Source: Clostridia bacterium
GTDB lineage: Bacteria > Bacillota > Clostridia > TANB77 > CAG-508
Direction of reading: 5' to 3'
DNA: 64,000 bases
Assembly (NCBI GenBank): GCA_017511265.1
Contig: JAFWKV010000001.1
Coordinates: forward strand, 553-64,552
In this document: positions 18,991-27,293 of the stretch, piece after piece
Position numbering within the stretch: the first letter of the stretch is position 1
Layout: each line of letters begins with the position of its first letter
Notes under the pieces: model-generated
Told to the model about the DNA's origin: nothing
Database searches by the model: none
Seen by the model: the letters and a program-made list of their open reading frames with translations, nothing else
Made by a program: the position numbers and the translations under genes

Positions 18991-19866
18991 TTATTGCAGA
19001 TTAATATTAAAATCATTTGGTAAATCACATTTTAGTTCTACTTGTTTATTTGTTGCAGGATTTACAAATGTCATTTTATAGCAATGTAAAGCTTGTCTAC
19101 TAATTAAATTAGATTTCTTACCATATAATGTATCTCCTAATAAAGGATGTCCAATATAAGCCATATGTACTCGTATTTGATGGGTTCTTCCTGTTTTTAA
19201 AATACATTTTACTACAGAATTATCATTATTTTCTTGTAATACTTCATAATAAGTAATTGCCTCTTGACCACTTTCATTTACACAGCGCTCGATAATACTT
19301 TTTTCTTTTCGTGCTATTGGCAAATTAATTATTCCAGATTTTTCTTTAAATATTCCATCTACAATACATATATATTCTTTTTTGAATATACCATTTTTCA
19401 TTTGCTTTATTAAACATTCTTGTATATATTCGTTTTTTGCAAAAATAACTAATCCAGATGTATCTAAATCAAGTCTATTTACTGGTCGTATCTTCTTTTT
19501 TAAACCTATTTTATCAAAATAAAACCTAACTCCATTAGATAGACTATCATTATAGTGCCTCATTGAAGGATGTACTGCAATTCCTGAAGGTTTATTAACT
19601 ATTAATAAACCTTCATCTTCGTATATAATATCTAAAGTCATTTTAACCGGTTGTATATTTAAATTGTTTTCTTCATAATCAAGCATTATTTGGATCTTAT
19701 CGTTTAGTTGAGGTGTTATTCTTGTATCACATAAATTATTATTTAGCATAATTTTATTGTTTTTTATTAATTTCACCAATAGTCTTGAAGAAATATTCAA
19801 TTCTGTTTTTAAAAGTTGATTAAAACTTTTATAATTATTATTTTTTACTATATATTTTAAAACCAT
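18991..19866 (-). CDS. RluA-family 23S rRNA pseudouridine synthase (RluD-like)
   Basis: RPVNRLDLDTSGLVIFAK catalytic Asp motif and GRTHQIRVH motif. Confidence 0.9.
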   Translation of the reverse strand: MVLKYIVKNNNYKSFNQLLKTELNISSRLLVKLIKNNKIMLNNNLCDTRITPQLNDKIQIMLDYEENNLNIQPVKMTLDIIYEDEGLLIVNKPSGIAVHPSMRHYNDSLSNGVRFYFDKIGLKKKIRPVNRLDLDTSGLVIFAKNEYIQECLIKQMKNGIFKKEYICIVDGIFKEKSGIINLPIARKEKSIIERCVNESGQEAITYYEVLQENNDNSVVKCILKTGRTHQIRVHMAYIGHPLLGDTLYGKKSNLISRQALHCYKMTFVNPATNKQVELKCDLPNDFNINLQ

Positions 19867-19906
19867 TTTATTCTTTCCTTATCAGAATCTGCAAATGAGA
19901 ACAGAG

Positions 19907-19939
19907 GTGATACTTTTTCCTCCGTCCCCAAAGTATCAC
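19907..19939. repeat. Solitary GGGGACGGAGG-loop hairpin
   Basis: A 10-bp stem GTGATACTTT/AAAGTATCAC encloses the 13-nt TTCCTCCGTCCCC. The same unit occurs at 52537, 52603, 17.6 kb and 41.1 kb. Confidence 0.75.
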
Positions 19940-19954
19940 TTTATAGCACATAAA

Positions 19955-20302
19955 AAGAGTAAATCTGTAAGCCGGGTTCTGTCGTTTAAAATAGTCATTT
20001 ATCTAGGATATATATTACTATATATCTCAAGCCACGCAGGTTAGAAGTTGCCGAGCAGGCTTAATCTTCAATTTAGGTGTTGCTCCAGATGGGGTTTACA
20101 CAGCCCAATATGTCACCATATTGGCGGTGAGCTCTTACCTCGCCTTTTCACCCTTTCCGTAATCTACGGTGGTTATTTTCTGTTGCACTATCCTTAAGGT
20201 CACCCTCACTAGACGTTATCTAGCATCTTTGCTCTGTGGAGCCCGGACTTTCCTCTCGTAGTATCTTTCGATATTCTACCAGCGACTATTCAATTTACTC
20301 TG
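19955..20302 (-). ncRNA. rnpB: RNase P RNA (bacterial, type B-like)
   Basis: The minus strand contains GAGGAAAGTCCGGGCTCCACAG and, near the 3' end, ACAGAACCCGGCTTA. P1 pairs AGAGTAAAT (20301..20293) with ATTTACTCT (19964..19956). An extended -10 TGTTATAAT sits just upstream. Confidence 0.85.
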
Positions 20303-20336
20303 AAAGATATTATAACATTTATTTAATAATAAGTAA

Positions 20337-20363
20337 AGGATGAGAAAAATAATTTCTCATCCT
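20337..20363. terminator. Hairpin terminator between the hypothetical gene and rnpB
   Basis: Stem AGGATGAGAAA/TTTCTCATCCT flanked by A/T runs. Confidence 0.5.
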
Positions 20364-20393
20364 TTAAACTAGTATAGTAATCTACTTATCTTA

Positions 20394-20702
20394 CTATATG
20401 AGAACTTTGAATTGACCATCCTCATTCACAATTAGTGAGTGTGTGCACTTGTCTTTCTTGATTTTTCCGTTTTGATATTTAATCTCTTCATAAAACCAAA
20501 TTTTATATAGATGTTTTAACTCCAATTTCGAATACTTGATAATTCTTTTGCAATTGATTAAAAATCTATTATATGCTTCGTATGAGGTTGTAGATGTTGT
20601 AAGCATAGCTTTTGATTCATAATAAGACCAATTTACATGCTTACAAATTAATCCAGATGGTGTCATCAAAGAAATTTCTGCACGAACAGTTCTAATACTC
20701 AT
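20394..20702 (-). CDS. Hypothetical protein (102 aa)
   Basis: ORF only. I recognise no family. Confidence 0.45.
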   Translation of the reverse strand: MSIRTVRAEISLMTPSGLICKHVNWSYYESKAMLTTSTTSYEAYNRFLINCKRIIKYSKLELKHLYKIWFYEEIKYQNGKIKKDKCTHSLIVNEDGQFKVLI

Positions 20703-20775
20703 TAGTTCTCCTATCTAGTAGTTGTTTAAACTAGCAGATATATAATATCACATTTATTATAATAAGTAAAGTCCT

Positions 20776-21693
20776 TTATTTGTCTTGCTTTTCTGTTTCT
20801 TCTAAGAAATTTTTATATTTTATAAAATAAACATCTTTATTACCTATATCTGCTGCATTTTTCAATTCGTTTAAAATAATAAATGTTTTGTTGGTGTTAT
20901 AATAATTTTCTTTATCACTTATTCTACTTAATTCCATTGAATAACTTTCTATAGCTTTTCCAATATATTTTTTACATTCTTCCCAATTATCTATACTTGC
21001 AAAAACATAACTATTAAAAACATTTGACTTTGTATCTAATAAGTTTGCATACTCAGTATTATTAGGTAAACTATTTACATAAGCAGGTAAATATCTATAT
21101 AAATTTGCTAGCTTCATTAATGTTTTTTCTTTATTTTCTTCTTTAGAAATAACAGCTAATTCATCTAATTCCTTATTAAAATTTAAAATTTGTTCCTGAT
21201 TTATGTTCATACTATATAAGTCAAGTGTCATAGTAGGAATAGTTGAATACAAAATTTCTATATCGTTTTTTATTGCTTCCCAATCTGTTGTATCATGATT
21301 TGTTAAAATTCTTTGTTCTTTTAACCCATATTGTTCTGCTGTAGTATTAGTTGTGCTATTACTACTTTCCTGACTTTTTGAGGAAGATTCAGATTGTCCT
21401 CCTGAGCTACTACTTGAAGAATACTGTTCTTGTCCCCCATCTTTTTCGCTTTCAGCTTGATTTTTAGAACCCACACTTGTTTTTGAAACAGATATTTTAA
21501 AATTTTCTAATGTAATATTGTTTACACTATTTAATAGATATGTTAATTTATTGTCCATGTATTTTATTTCAGATATTAATTTTTCATTTTCCTTTGTATC
21601 ATTGTTATTTGTTATATTTTTTACCAAAAAAATGATTAATATTACAATAGCAACTGCTAATAATATAAATAAAGCAGTTTTAAAATTTTTCAT
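20776..21693 (-). CDS. Hypothetical membrane-anchored protein with a Ser-rich linker
   Basis: N-terminal TM helix followed by a SSSSSGGQSESSSKSQESS low-complexity linker. Confidence 0.55.
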   Translation of the reverse strand: MKNFKTALFILLAVAIVILIIFLVKNITNNNDTKENEKLISEIKYMDNKLTYLLNSVNNITLENFKISVSKTSVGSKNQAESEKDGGQEQYSSSSSSGGQSESSSKSQESSNSTTNTTAEQYGLKEQRILTNHDTTDWEAIKNDIEILYSTIPTMTLDLYSMNINQEQILNFNKELDELAVISKEENKEKTLMKLANLYRYLPAYVNSLPNNTEYANLLDTKSNVFNSYVFASIDNWEECKKYIGKAIESYSMELSRISDKENYYNTNKTFIILNELKNAADIGNKDVYFIKYKNFLEETEKQDK

Positions 21694-21761
21694 AAAATCA
21701 CCTTAAAAGTAGTGTTTCCGTTTTTTTATCTTTTATTCTAAATGAAAATAAGGAGAATGAT

Positions 21762-22043
21762 ATGGTTACAATTGTAAAGCTTTATAGTGAAATAAGTGGT
21801 GAAATAAATAGATTTTTAAGTAATTTTTATAATATTAATTTGCATCTTGAAAGTTCTTTAAAATGGGAAAAGGATTATGAGAATCCAATTGAAATGGCGG
21901 AAATAATGGGCACTTTTATAGATAATAATGATAAATATAATATTAATATGTGGGTTAGTTTTGATAAAGGGTTGTTTATAAATGTTACAGAACATAATGT
22001 TAATAAAATTATTCGATATATGTATGAAAGATTTCCTTATTAA
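21762..22043 (+). CDS. Hypothetical protein (93 aa)
   Basis: ORF with an RBS-like AAGGAGAATG upstream. Confidence 0.5.
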   Translation: MVTIVKLYSEISGEINRFLSNFYNINLHLESSLKWEKDYENPIEMAEIMGTFIDNNDKYNINMWVSFDKGLFINVTEHNVNKIIRYMYERFPY

Positions 22044-22066
22044 ATACTACAACAATTCCTATAAAT

Positions 22067-22249
22067 GAAGATGACAATATATAATAATTATTTTCTTTCC
22101 TCGGCTTGCTTCGTGGATTACAAATTCTAAAAGAAAAATCAAAACTTTACCCGAAGACAGGACCCTTTTTGATTTTTCTTTTAGAATTTGTACATTCCAC
22201 TCCACGGCACATTCATCATTTCAAAATTTTTTATATATTATCATCTTCG
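22067..22249. mobile_element. MITE-like element, copy 1 (~183 bp, terminal inverted repeats)
   Basis: TIRs GAAGATGACAATATATAA and TTATATATTATCATCTTCG enclose a hairpin core GGATTACAAATTCTAAAAGAAAAATCAAAA...TTTTGATTTTTCTTTTAGAATTTGTA. Confidence 0.75.
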
Positions 22250-22761
22250 TCTGTAGGAGTTGTTGTATTGTTAGTAGCTTCTTCCTTAACTTCTTCAGCA
22301 CTTTCAGCTTTTTCATAAGCTTCTTCTACTTCGTCCACTATTTCAACTTCTTTAACAGGTTCTTCAGCTTCATCATTATTTTCATCTTCTTCAATTTCTT
22401 CTTGTTTGTCACCACAATTTGGACAGTATTTTGAAGTTTTATCTATTTTTTCATAGCAATTAGAGCACTGTTTTAAGTCTTTTAAATTTAAAATTTCGTT
22501 TAATATATTTTCAATCTCATCAGACAAAACGTCAACTTTTGTACATTCTTCTTCCAATTCTTCTTTTATGTTGATAGTATCTTGTAGCAAATGTTTTTCA
22601 TACACCTTTTTACCTATTTGCTTATATAAATCTTCTATATCAGATTTATCCTCATTCATTTTCATTCTTAATTTAGCCTCTTTTGCAAGTTTACCAGTCT
22701 TCTCAGCAGTAAACTTATAAGTTTCACTAGCCTTTTTTCCAATCTTATCAAAAAAATCCAT
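22231..22761 (-). CDS. Zinc-ribbon domain protein with an acidic C-terminal tail
   Basis: CSNCYEKIDKTSKYCPNCG zinc ribbon. The last six codons and the stop (DEDDNI*) lie inside the MITE terminal repeat. Confidence 0.7.
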   Translation of the reverse strand: MDFFDKIGKKASETYKFTAEKTGKLAKEAKLRMKMNEDKSDIEDLYKQIGKKVYEKHLLQDTINIKEELEEECTKVDVLSDEIENILNEILNLKDLKQCSNCYEKIDKTSKYCPNCGDKQEEIEEDENNDEAEEPVKEVEIVDEVEEAYEKAESAEEVKEEATNNTTTPTDEDDNI

Positions 22762-22858
22762 CTTCCTATTCCCTCCAATTCTATAATTAAATAGATAGTA
22801 TAATTATTATCTATTTAGAAGATAAAAACATATAAAAAGTAAGTAATGCATAGCAACT

Positions 22859-23039
22859 AAGATGACAATATATAAAAAATTTTGAAGAGACGAATGCGCC
22901 GTGGAGTGGAATGTACAAATTCTTAAGAAAAATCAAAAAGGGTCCTGTCTTCGGGTAAAGTTTTGATTTTTCTATTAGAATTTGTAATCCACGAAGCAAG
23001 CCGAGGAAAGAAAAAATTTATTATATATTATCATCTTCG
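22859..23039. mobile_element. MITE-like element, copy 2 (core inverted relative to copy 1)
   Basis: The reverse complement matches the copy 1 core at about 95% by eye, with the same TIRs. The spurious ORFs starting MLRGLQIL on opposite strands reveal the pair. Confidence 0.75.
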
Positions 23040-23108
23040 TTGTCAGAAGTATGTTTTAATTTATAGTTTTTATAATATATTATATATAAAATTATAAACT
23101 ATATACGT

Positions 23109-24098
23109 TTATTCAGCCTTTTTGTCTCTTGTCATAAGCATCTCGAGAGCCTCTTCAGGCTTCAATCCATTATATAAAATTTTATAAACCGCATCAAGAA
23201 TTGGCATTTCAATACCATGTAACTCAGCAAGACTATGAGCTACTTCAATATTATCAATACACTCTATTGTCATACCAACAATTTTCTTTGTTTCATCCAA
23301 AGTTTTACCTTCTCCAATTAGTTTGCCAGCTCTTCTATTTCTACTATGCTCACTTTGGCAAGTAACAATTAAATCACCAAGACCTGTCAATCCATAAAAA
23401 GTATCCTTTTTTCCACCAAGTTCAACACCTAGTCTTGAAAGCTCTTTTAGGCCTCTTGTTATAAGTGCTGCAAAAGTATTATCACCTAAATTAATTCCAG
23501 TAGCAAGCCCAGCGCAAAACGCAATTATATTTTTTAGAGCTCCACCTAATTCAACTCCTTTTATATCTCTTGATGTATATAATCTCATGGTTACAGATGA
23601 AAATGTATTTTGCACATCTCTTAATATACGCTCATCTTTAGATGCAATAACTAACAATGTTGGAATTGCAAGAGAAACTTCTTCTGCATGGCTTGGTCCT
23701 GCCAAAGCTCCTACTCTTGCATTAGGAATTTCGTCAAGAATAACTTCATCTAAAGTTTTCATTGTATCTTCTTCAAATCCTTTTGAGCAAATTATAATTG
23801 GTTGTTTTTTTGGATTTACATATTCTTTATATTGCTTAACTGTGCTTCTTGTAAATTTTGACGGTGTAACATGTAAAATAAAGTCAGCATCATCAATTAC
23901 TTCTTGAAAGTTTGTAGAACATACTACGCTATCTGGTATTACTGCTTGAGGTAAAAATTTGCATTTTCTTTCAGTATTAATAAAATCTCTTTCTTCTTCA
24001 GAAAAGGACCATACCTTTACATTATTCCCCAAATTAGCTAAATGTATACTTAATGCTACGCCCCATGTGCCACTTCCTATTATAGCTATTGTTTTCAT
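23109..24098 (-). CDS. gpsA: NAD(P)H-dependent glycerol-3-phosphate dehydrogenase
   Basis: IGSGTWG Rossmann motif, GALKNIIA, and conserved der-plsY-gpsA synteny. Confidence 0.92.
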   Translation of the reverse strand: MKTIAIIGSGTWGVALSIHLANLGNNVKVWSFSEEERDFINTERKCKFLPQAVIPDSVVCSTNFQEVIDDADFILHVTPSKFTRSTVKQYKEYVNPKKQPIIICSKGFEEDTMKTLDEVILDEIPNARVGALAGPSHAEEVSLAIPTLLVIASKDERILRDVQNTFSSVTMRLYTSRDIKGVELGGALKNIIAFCAGLATGINLGDNTFAALITRGLKELSRLGVELGGKKDTFYGLTGLGDLIVTCQSEHSRNRRAGKLIGEGKTLDETKKIVGMTIECIDNIEVAHSLAELHGIEMPILDAVYKILYNGLKPEEALEMLMTRDKKAE

Positions 24099-24115
24099 TT
24101 TATTGCCCCCTATAT

Positions 24116-24748
24116 TTAACTTTTCTTAAAACTAATTTTATTCTCTGTTCCATTTAGAATACGCTGTATATTTTCTCTATGGTTAAATGCTACAATTACA
24201 GCTAAAATTATGCTATAAACAAAATATCCGCTTCCATCGCTCACTAAATAATTGCTATGTATAAATAAAGTTAACACTGGAAATAAAATTGCTGCACCAA
24301 CTGACCCAACAGAAACCATTCTAGTAAGTAACATTAGCACTAAAGCAAACACTAAGCATATTAGTCCAATTTGCCAGTTTGTTATAAGAAGCACACCTAA
24401 AGAAGTAGCAACACCTTTTCCACCTTTAAATTCAAAAAATATTGGAAAAGTATGTCCTACAATAACAAGAATTCCTGCAATTTGCACTAATAAAGCTTTA
24501 TCAGCATCTTTAAAAATCCAGCCTGCAATTACTGCAATTAAAATTGCAACAATTCCCTTTAAAATATCACATAAAAGTGTAATTGCAGCAGCTTTTTTAC
24601 CTACTGAACGTAGCATATTAGTTGAACCAGCATTTCCGCTTCCTCTTTCTCTTACATCAAAACCTGCTATTTTTTTACTAATTATGACTGAAAAATTAAT
24701 ACTTCCTATTGCATATGCAATTATTGCAATAATAATATAAGCTGCCAT
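24116..24748 (-). CDS. plsY: Glycerol-3-phosphate acyltransferase PlsY
   Basis: GSGNAGSTN and FKGGKGVAT motifs in a multi-TM protein. Confidence 0.92.
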   Translation of the reverse strand: MAAYIIIAIIAYAIGSINFSVIISKKIAGFDVRERGSGNAGSTNMLRSVGKKAAAITLLCDILKGIVAILIAVIAGWIFKDADKALLVQIAGILVIVGHTFPIFFEFKGGKGVATSLGVLLITNWQIGLICLVFALVLMLLTRMVSVGSVGAAILFPVLTLFIHSNYLVSDGSGYFVYSIILAVIVAFNHRENIQRILNGTENKISFKKS

Positions 24749-24750
24749 TT

Positions 24751-26079
24751 TTATACCTCCTTTTCTCCCTTTTCTCTTACTATTAACCTTACCGGTGTTC
24801 CAATTAAACCAAATTCTTTTCTAAATTGATTAATAATATATCTTTGATATGAAAAATGAAATAACTCTTTATTATTAACAAAAATAACAAAAGTTGGTGG
24901 TTTGGTCGAAGCTTGTGTACCGTAAAAAATCTTTAGTCTTTTACCTTTATCAGTTGGTGGTTGAGTAATTGCTATTGCTTCATTTATAACTTGATTAACT
25001 ACTGATGTTGAAACTCTTAAACTATTTTGTTTTGCTACATCATTAATCATCGGAAATAATTTTTGTACTCTTTGTCCTGTTTTTGCAGAAATAAATATTA
25101 TAGGTGCATATGATAAATAAGAAAGTTTATTATATACTTCTTTTTTATATTTTTCTACTGTTCCTGTTTCTTTATCATAATCATCCCATTTGTTTACAAC
25201 TATAATCACACCTTTTCCTGCCTCATGGGCTTCTCCTGCAATTTTAGCATCTTGATCTGTTACGCCCTCATTTGCATCAATAAGTAATAAACAAACATCT
25301 GCTCTTTCAATTGCCAATAATGTTCTCATTACACTAAATTTTTCAATTGACTCTTTAACCTTATTTTTCTTTCTTACTCCTGCTGTATCTATAAACACAT
25401 ATTTTCCATTGCTATTTTCAAAATAAGAATCAATTGCATCTCTTGTAGTTCCTGCTATGTCACTTACTATTGCTCTATTTTCACCAAGTACTTTATTTAC
25501 CAATGAAGATTTGCCTACATTTGGCTTTCCTATTACTGCAACTTTTATTAATTCTTTATCATCATCTCTTTCATCTTTTGGAGGAAAGTGTTCAAATATT
25601 GCATCTAGCACATCTCCTATACCTAAAGCATTTGCTGCAGATAATGGCATTGGGTCTCCTAAGCCTAAATTGTAAAATTCATATATATCATCTTGTGTTT
25701 TGCCTAAATTGTCTGCTTTATTGCATACAAGTACTACTGGCTTTTTTGCCTTTTTAAGCATTAATGCAATTTCTTGATCTGCTGCTGTAACACCTTGTTT
25801 TATGTCTGTTAAAAATATTATAACATCTGCTATTTGCATTGCCATATTTGCTTGTTCTCTCATTTGTGATAATATTATATCATCTGATTCCGGCTCAATT
25901 CCACCTGTATCTATTAGTGTAAAATCTCTACCTCTCCAATTCGATTCTGCATATACTCTGTCTCTTGTTACTCCTGGTGTATCTTCTACTATTGATATAC
26001 GTGTTCCTACTAAGTAATTAAAAAATGTTGATTTTCCTACATTTGGTTTTCCAATTATTGCTACTACTGGTTTTGACAT
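24751..26079 (-). CDS. der: Ribosome-assembly GTPase Der (EngA)
   Basis: Two tandem G domains (GKPNVGKST and GKPNVGKSS) plus a KH-like C-terminus. Confidence 0.95.
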   Translation of the reverse strand: MSKPVVAIIGKPNVGKSTFFNYLVGTRISIVEDTPGVTRDRVYAESNWRGRDFTLIDTGGIEPESDDIILSQMREQANMAMQIADVIIFLTDIKQGVTAADQEIALMLKKAKKPVVLVCNKADNLGKTQDDIYEFYNLGLGDPMPLSAANALGIGDVLDAIFEHFPPKDERDDDKELIKVAVIGKPNVGKSSLVNKVLGENRAIVSDIAGTTRDAIDSYFENSNGKYVFIDTAGVRKKNKVKESIEKFSVMRTLLAIERADVCLLLIDANEGVTDQDAKIAGEAHEAGKGVIIVVNKWDDYDKETGTVEKYKKEVYNKLSYLSYAPIIFISAKTGQRVQKLFPMINDVAKQNSLRVSTSVVNQVINEAIAITQPPTDKGKRLKIFYGTQASTKPPTFVIFVNNKELFHFSYQRYIINQFRKEFGLIGTPVRLIVREKGEKEV

Positions 26080-26149
26080 TGTTTCACCTTCTTTGTTTGT
26101 ACTAATATAATAATTCTTTTTTCACAATAATTTTACTATATACACAATA

Positions 26150-26192
26150 AAAAAGCAAGAGAAAACTTTTTGGGACAGGTCCAAAAAGTTTC
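26150..26192 (-). terminator. Terminator-like hairpin after the GH3 gene
   Basis: On the minus strand, GAAACTTTTTGGAC..GTCCCAAAAAGTTTTC is followed by a U-rich tract. The left arm repeats the last codons of the gene. Confidence 0.55.
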
Positions 26193-26194
26193 CC

Positions 26195-27280
26195 CTAAAA
26201 AGTTTCATCTCGAATTTCTTGTATTTTCTCATTTATGTTTTCAACATCCACGCCATTATAAATTACATCATCAGAAATACTGTATTTCTGTTTTAAATTA
26301 AGAATCCTTTTAGTACTCCTGTTAACTCTATATTCTTTAATCACACCGCTTCTAGCCATATTATACACCTGTTCAATTGCGTTTTTTTCATCCTTAGGAG
26401 TAAATCTAAAAAGAACAATATCACTACCTGAAGTAAAAGCTTGTCTAACTGCTAATTTATAACCATAAATAAACCTAATAGCACGCATCTTCAAATCATC
26501 AGTAATAACAAGTCCTTTAAACTTGAGCTTTTGCCTTAAATATTTACCTATAAACTTTCTAGAAAGAGAAGCGGGTAAGGTTCTTGAAACACTTTTAATA
26601 ACAATATGGCTTACCATAACTGCATCTGCACCATTTCTAATTGCAATTTTAAATGGCATCATATCAACATTTTCAATTTGCTCAATATCCTTTTCTACAA
26701 TGGGTAAAAAAAAGTGAGAATCTTTTTTAGTTATTCCATGTCCTGGAAAGTGTTTTATAACAGAAATTACATTTTTTCGTTGCAATTCTTGCATTGCATC
26801 AATTCCGTACTTAGTTACATCTTTTTTATTTTCGCCAAATGCTCTATCGCCTATAGCATGATTGTCAGAAAAACGCTTAATGTCAAAAACAGGGGCAAAG
26901 TTCATATTTATACCAGAGTCATATAAAATATCACCTATAATGCTATATGCTTTTTTTACAAGCTTTTCGCCACCACTTTTAGCAAGCAAATGGGCAGAAG
27001 GCAAATTCAGTAATTCATTAGGCATTCTATTTACTCTACCACCTTCTTGATCAATAGCAATAAATAATGGAACTTTATTTACTTTATTTAGCTCTTTTAA
27101 ATCCTTAATAAGCTTTAACATTTCTTCATAAGAGTCATAATTTTTTTTATATAAAATAACCCCGCCAACTTTATACTTTAATATTAAATCTTTTACTCTA
27201 TCATTTACATGCTTTCCTTCAAATCCAACCATCATCATCTGACCCAGCTTCTCTTGAAAAGTTAAATCATTTAAATTCAT
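26195..27280 (-). CDS. Glycoside hydrolase family 3 beta-N-acetylhexosaminidase (NagZ-like)
   Basis: AIDQEGGRVNRM and KHFPGHG motifs. Confidence 0.8.
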   Translation of the reverse strand: MNLNDLTFQEKLGQMMMVGFEGKHVNDRVKDLILKYKVGGVILYKKNYDSYEEMLKLIKDLKELNKVNKVPLFIAIDQEGGRVNRMPNELLNLPSAHLLAKSGGEKLVKKAYSIIGDILYDSGINMNFAPVFDIKRFSDNHAIGDRAFGENKKDVTKYGIDAMQELQRKNVISVIKHFPGHGITKKDSHFFLPIVEKDIEQIENVDMMPFKIAIRNGADAVMVSHIVIKSVSRTLPASLSRKFIGKYLRQKLKFKGLVITDDLKMRAIRFIYGYKLAVRQAFTSGSDIVLFRFTPKDEKNAIEQVYNMARSGVIKEYRVNRSTKRILNLKQKYSISDDVIYNGVDVENINEKIQEIRDETF

Positions 27281-27293
27281 ACCTTTACCTTTC

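Noticed and set aside
22106-22999. ORFs starting MLRGLQIL.EKSKLYPKTGPFLIFL on opposite strands (22106..22318 + and 22811..22999 -).
   Set aside because: Both are read-throughs of the two inverted MITE copies. Their identical N-termini reflect the repeat, not a gene family.
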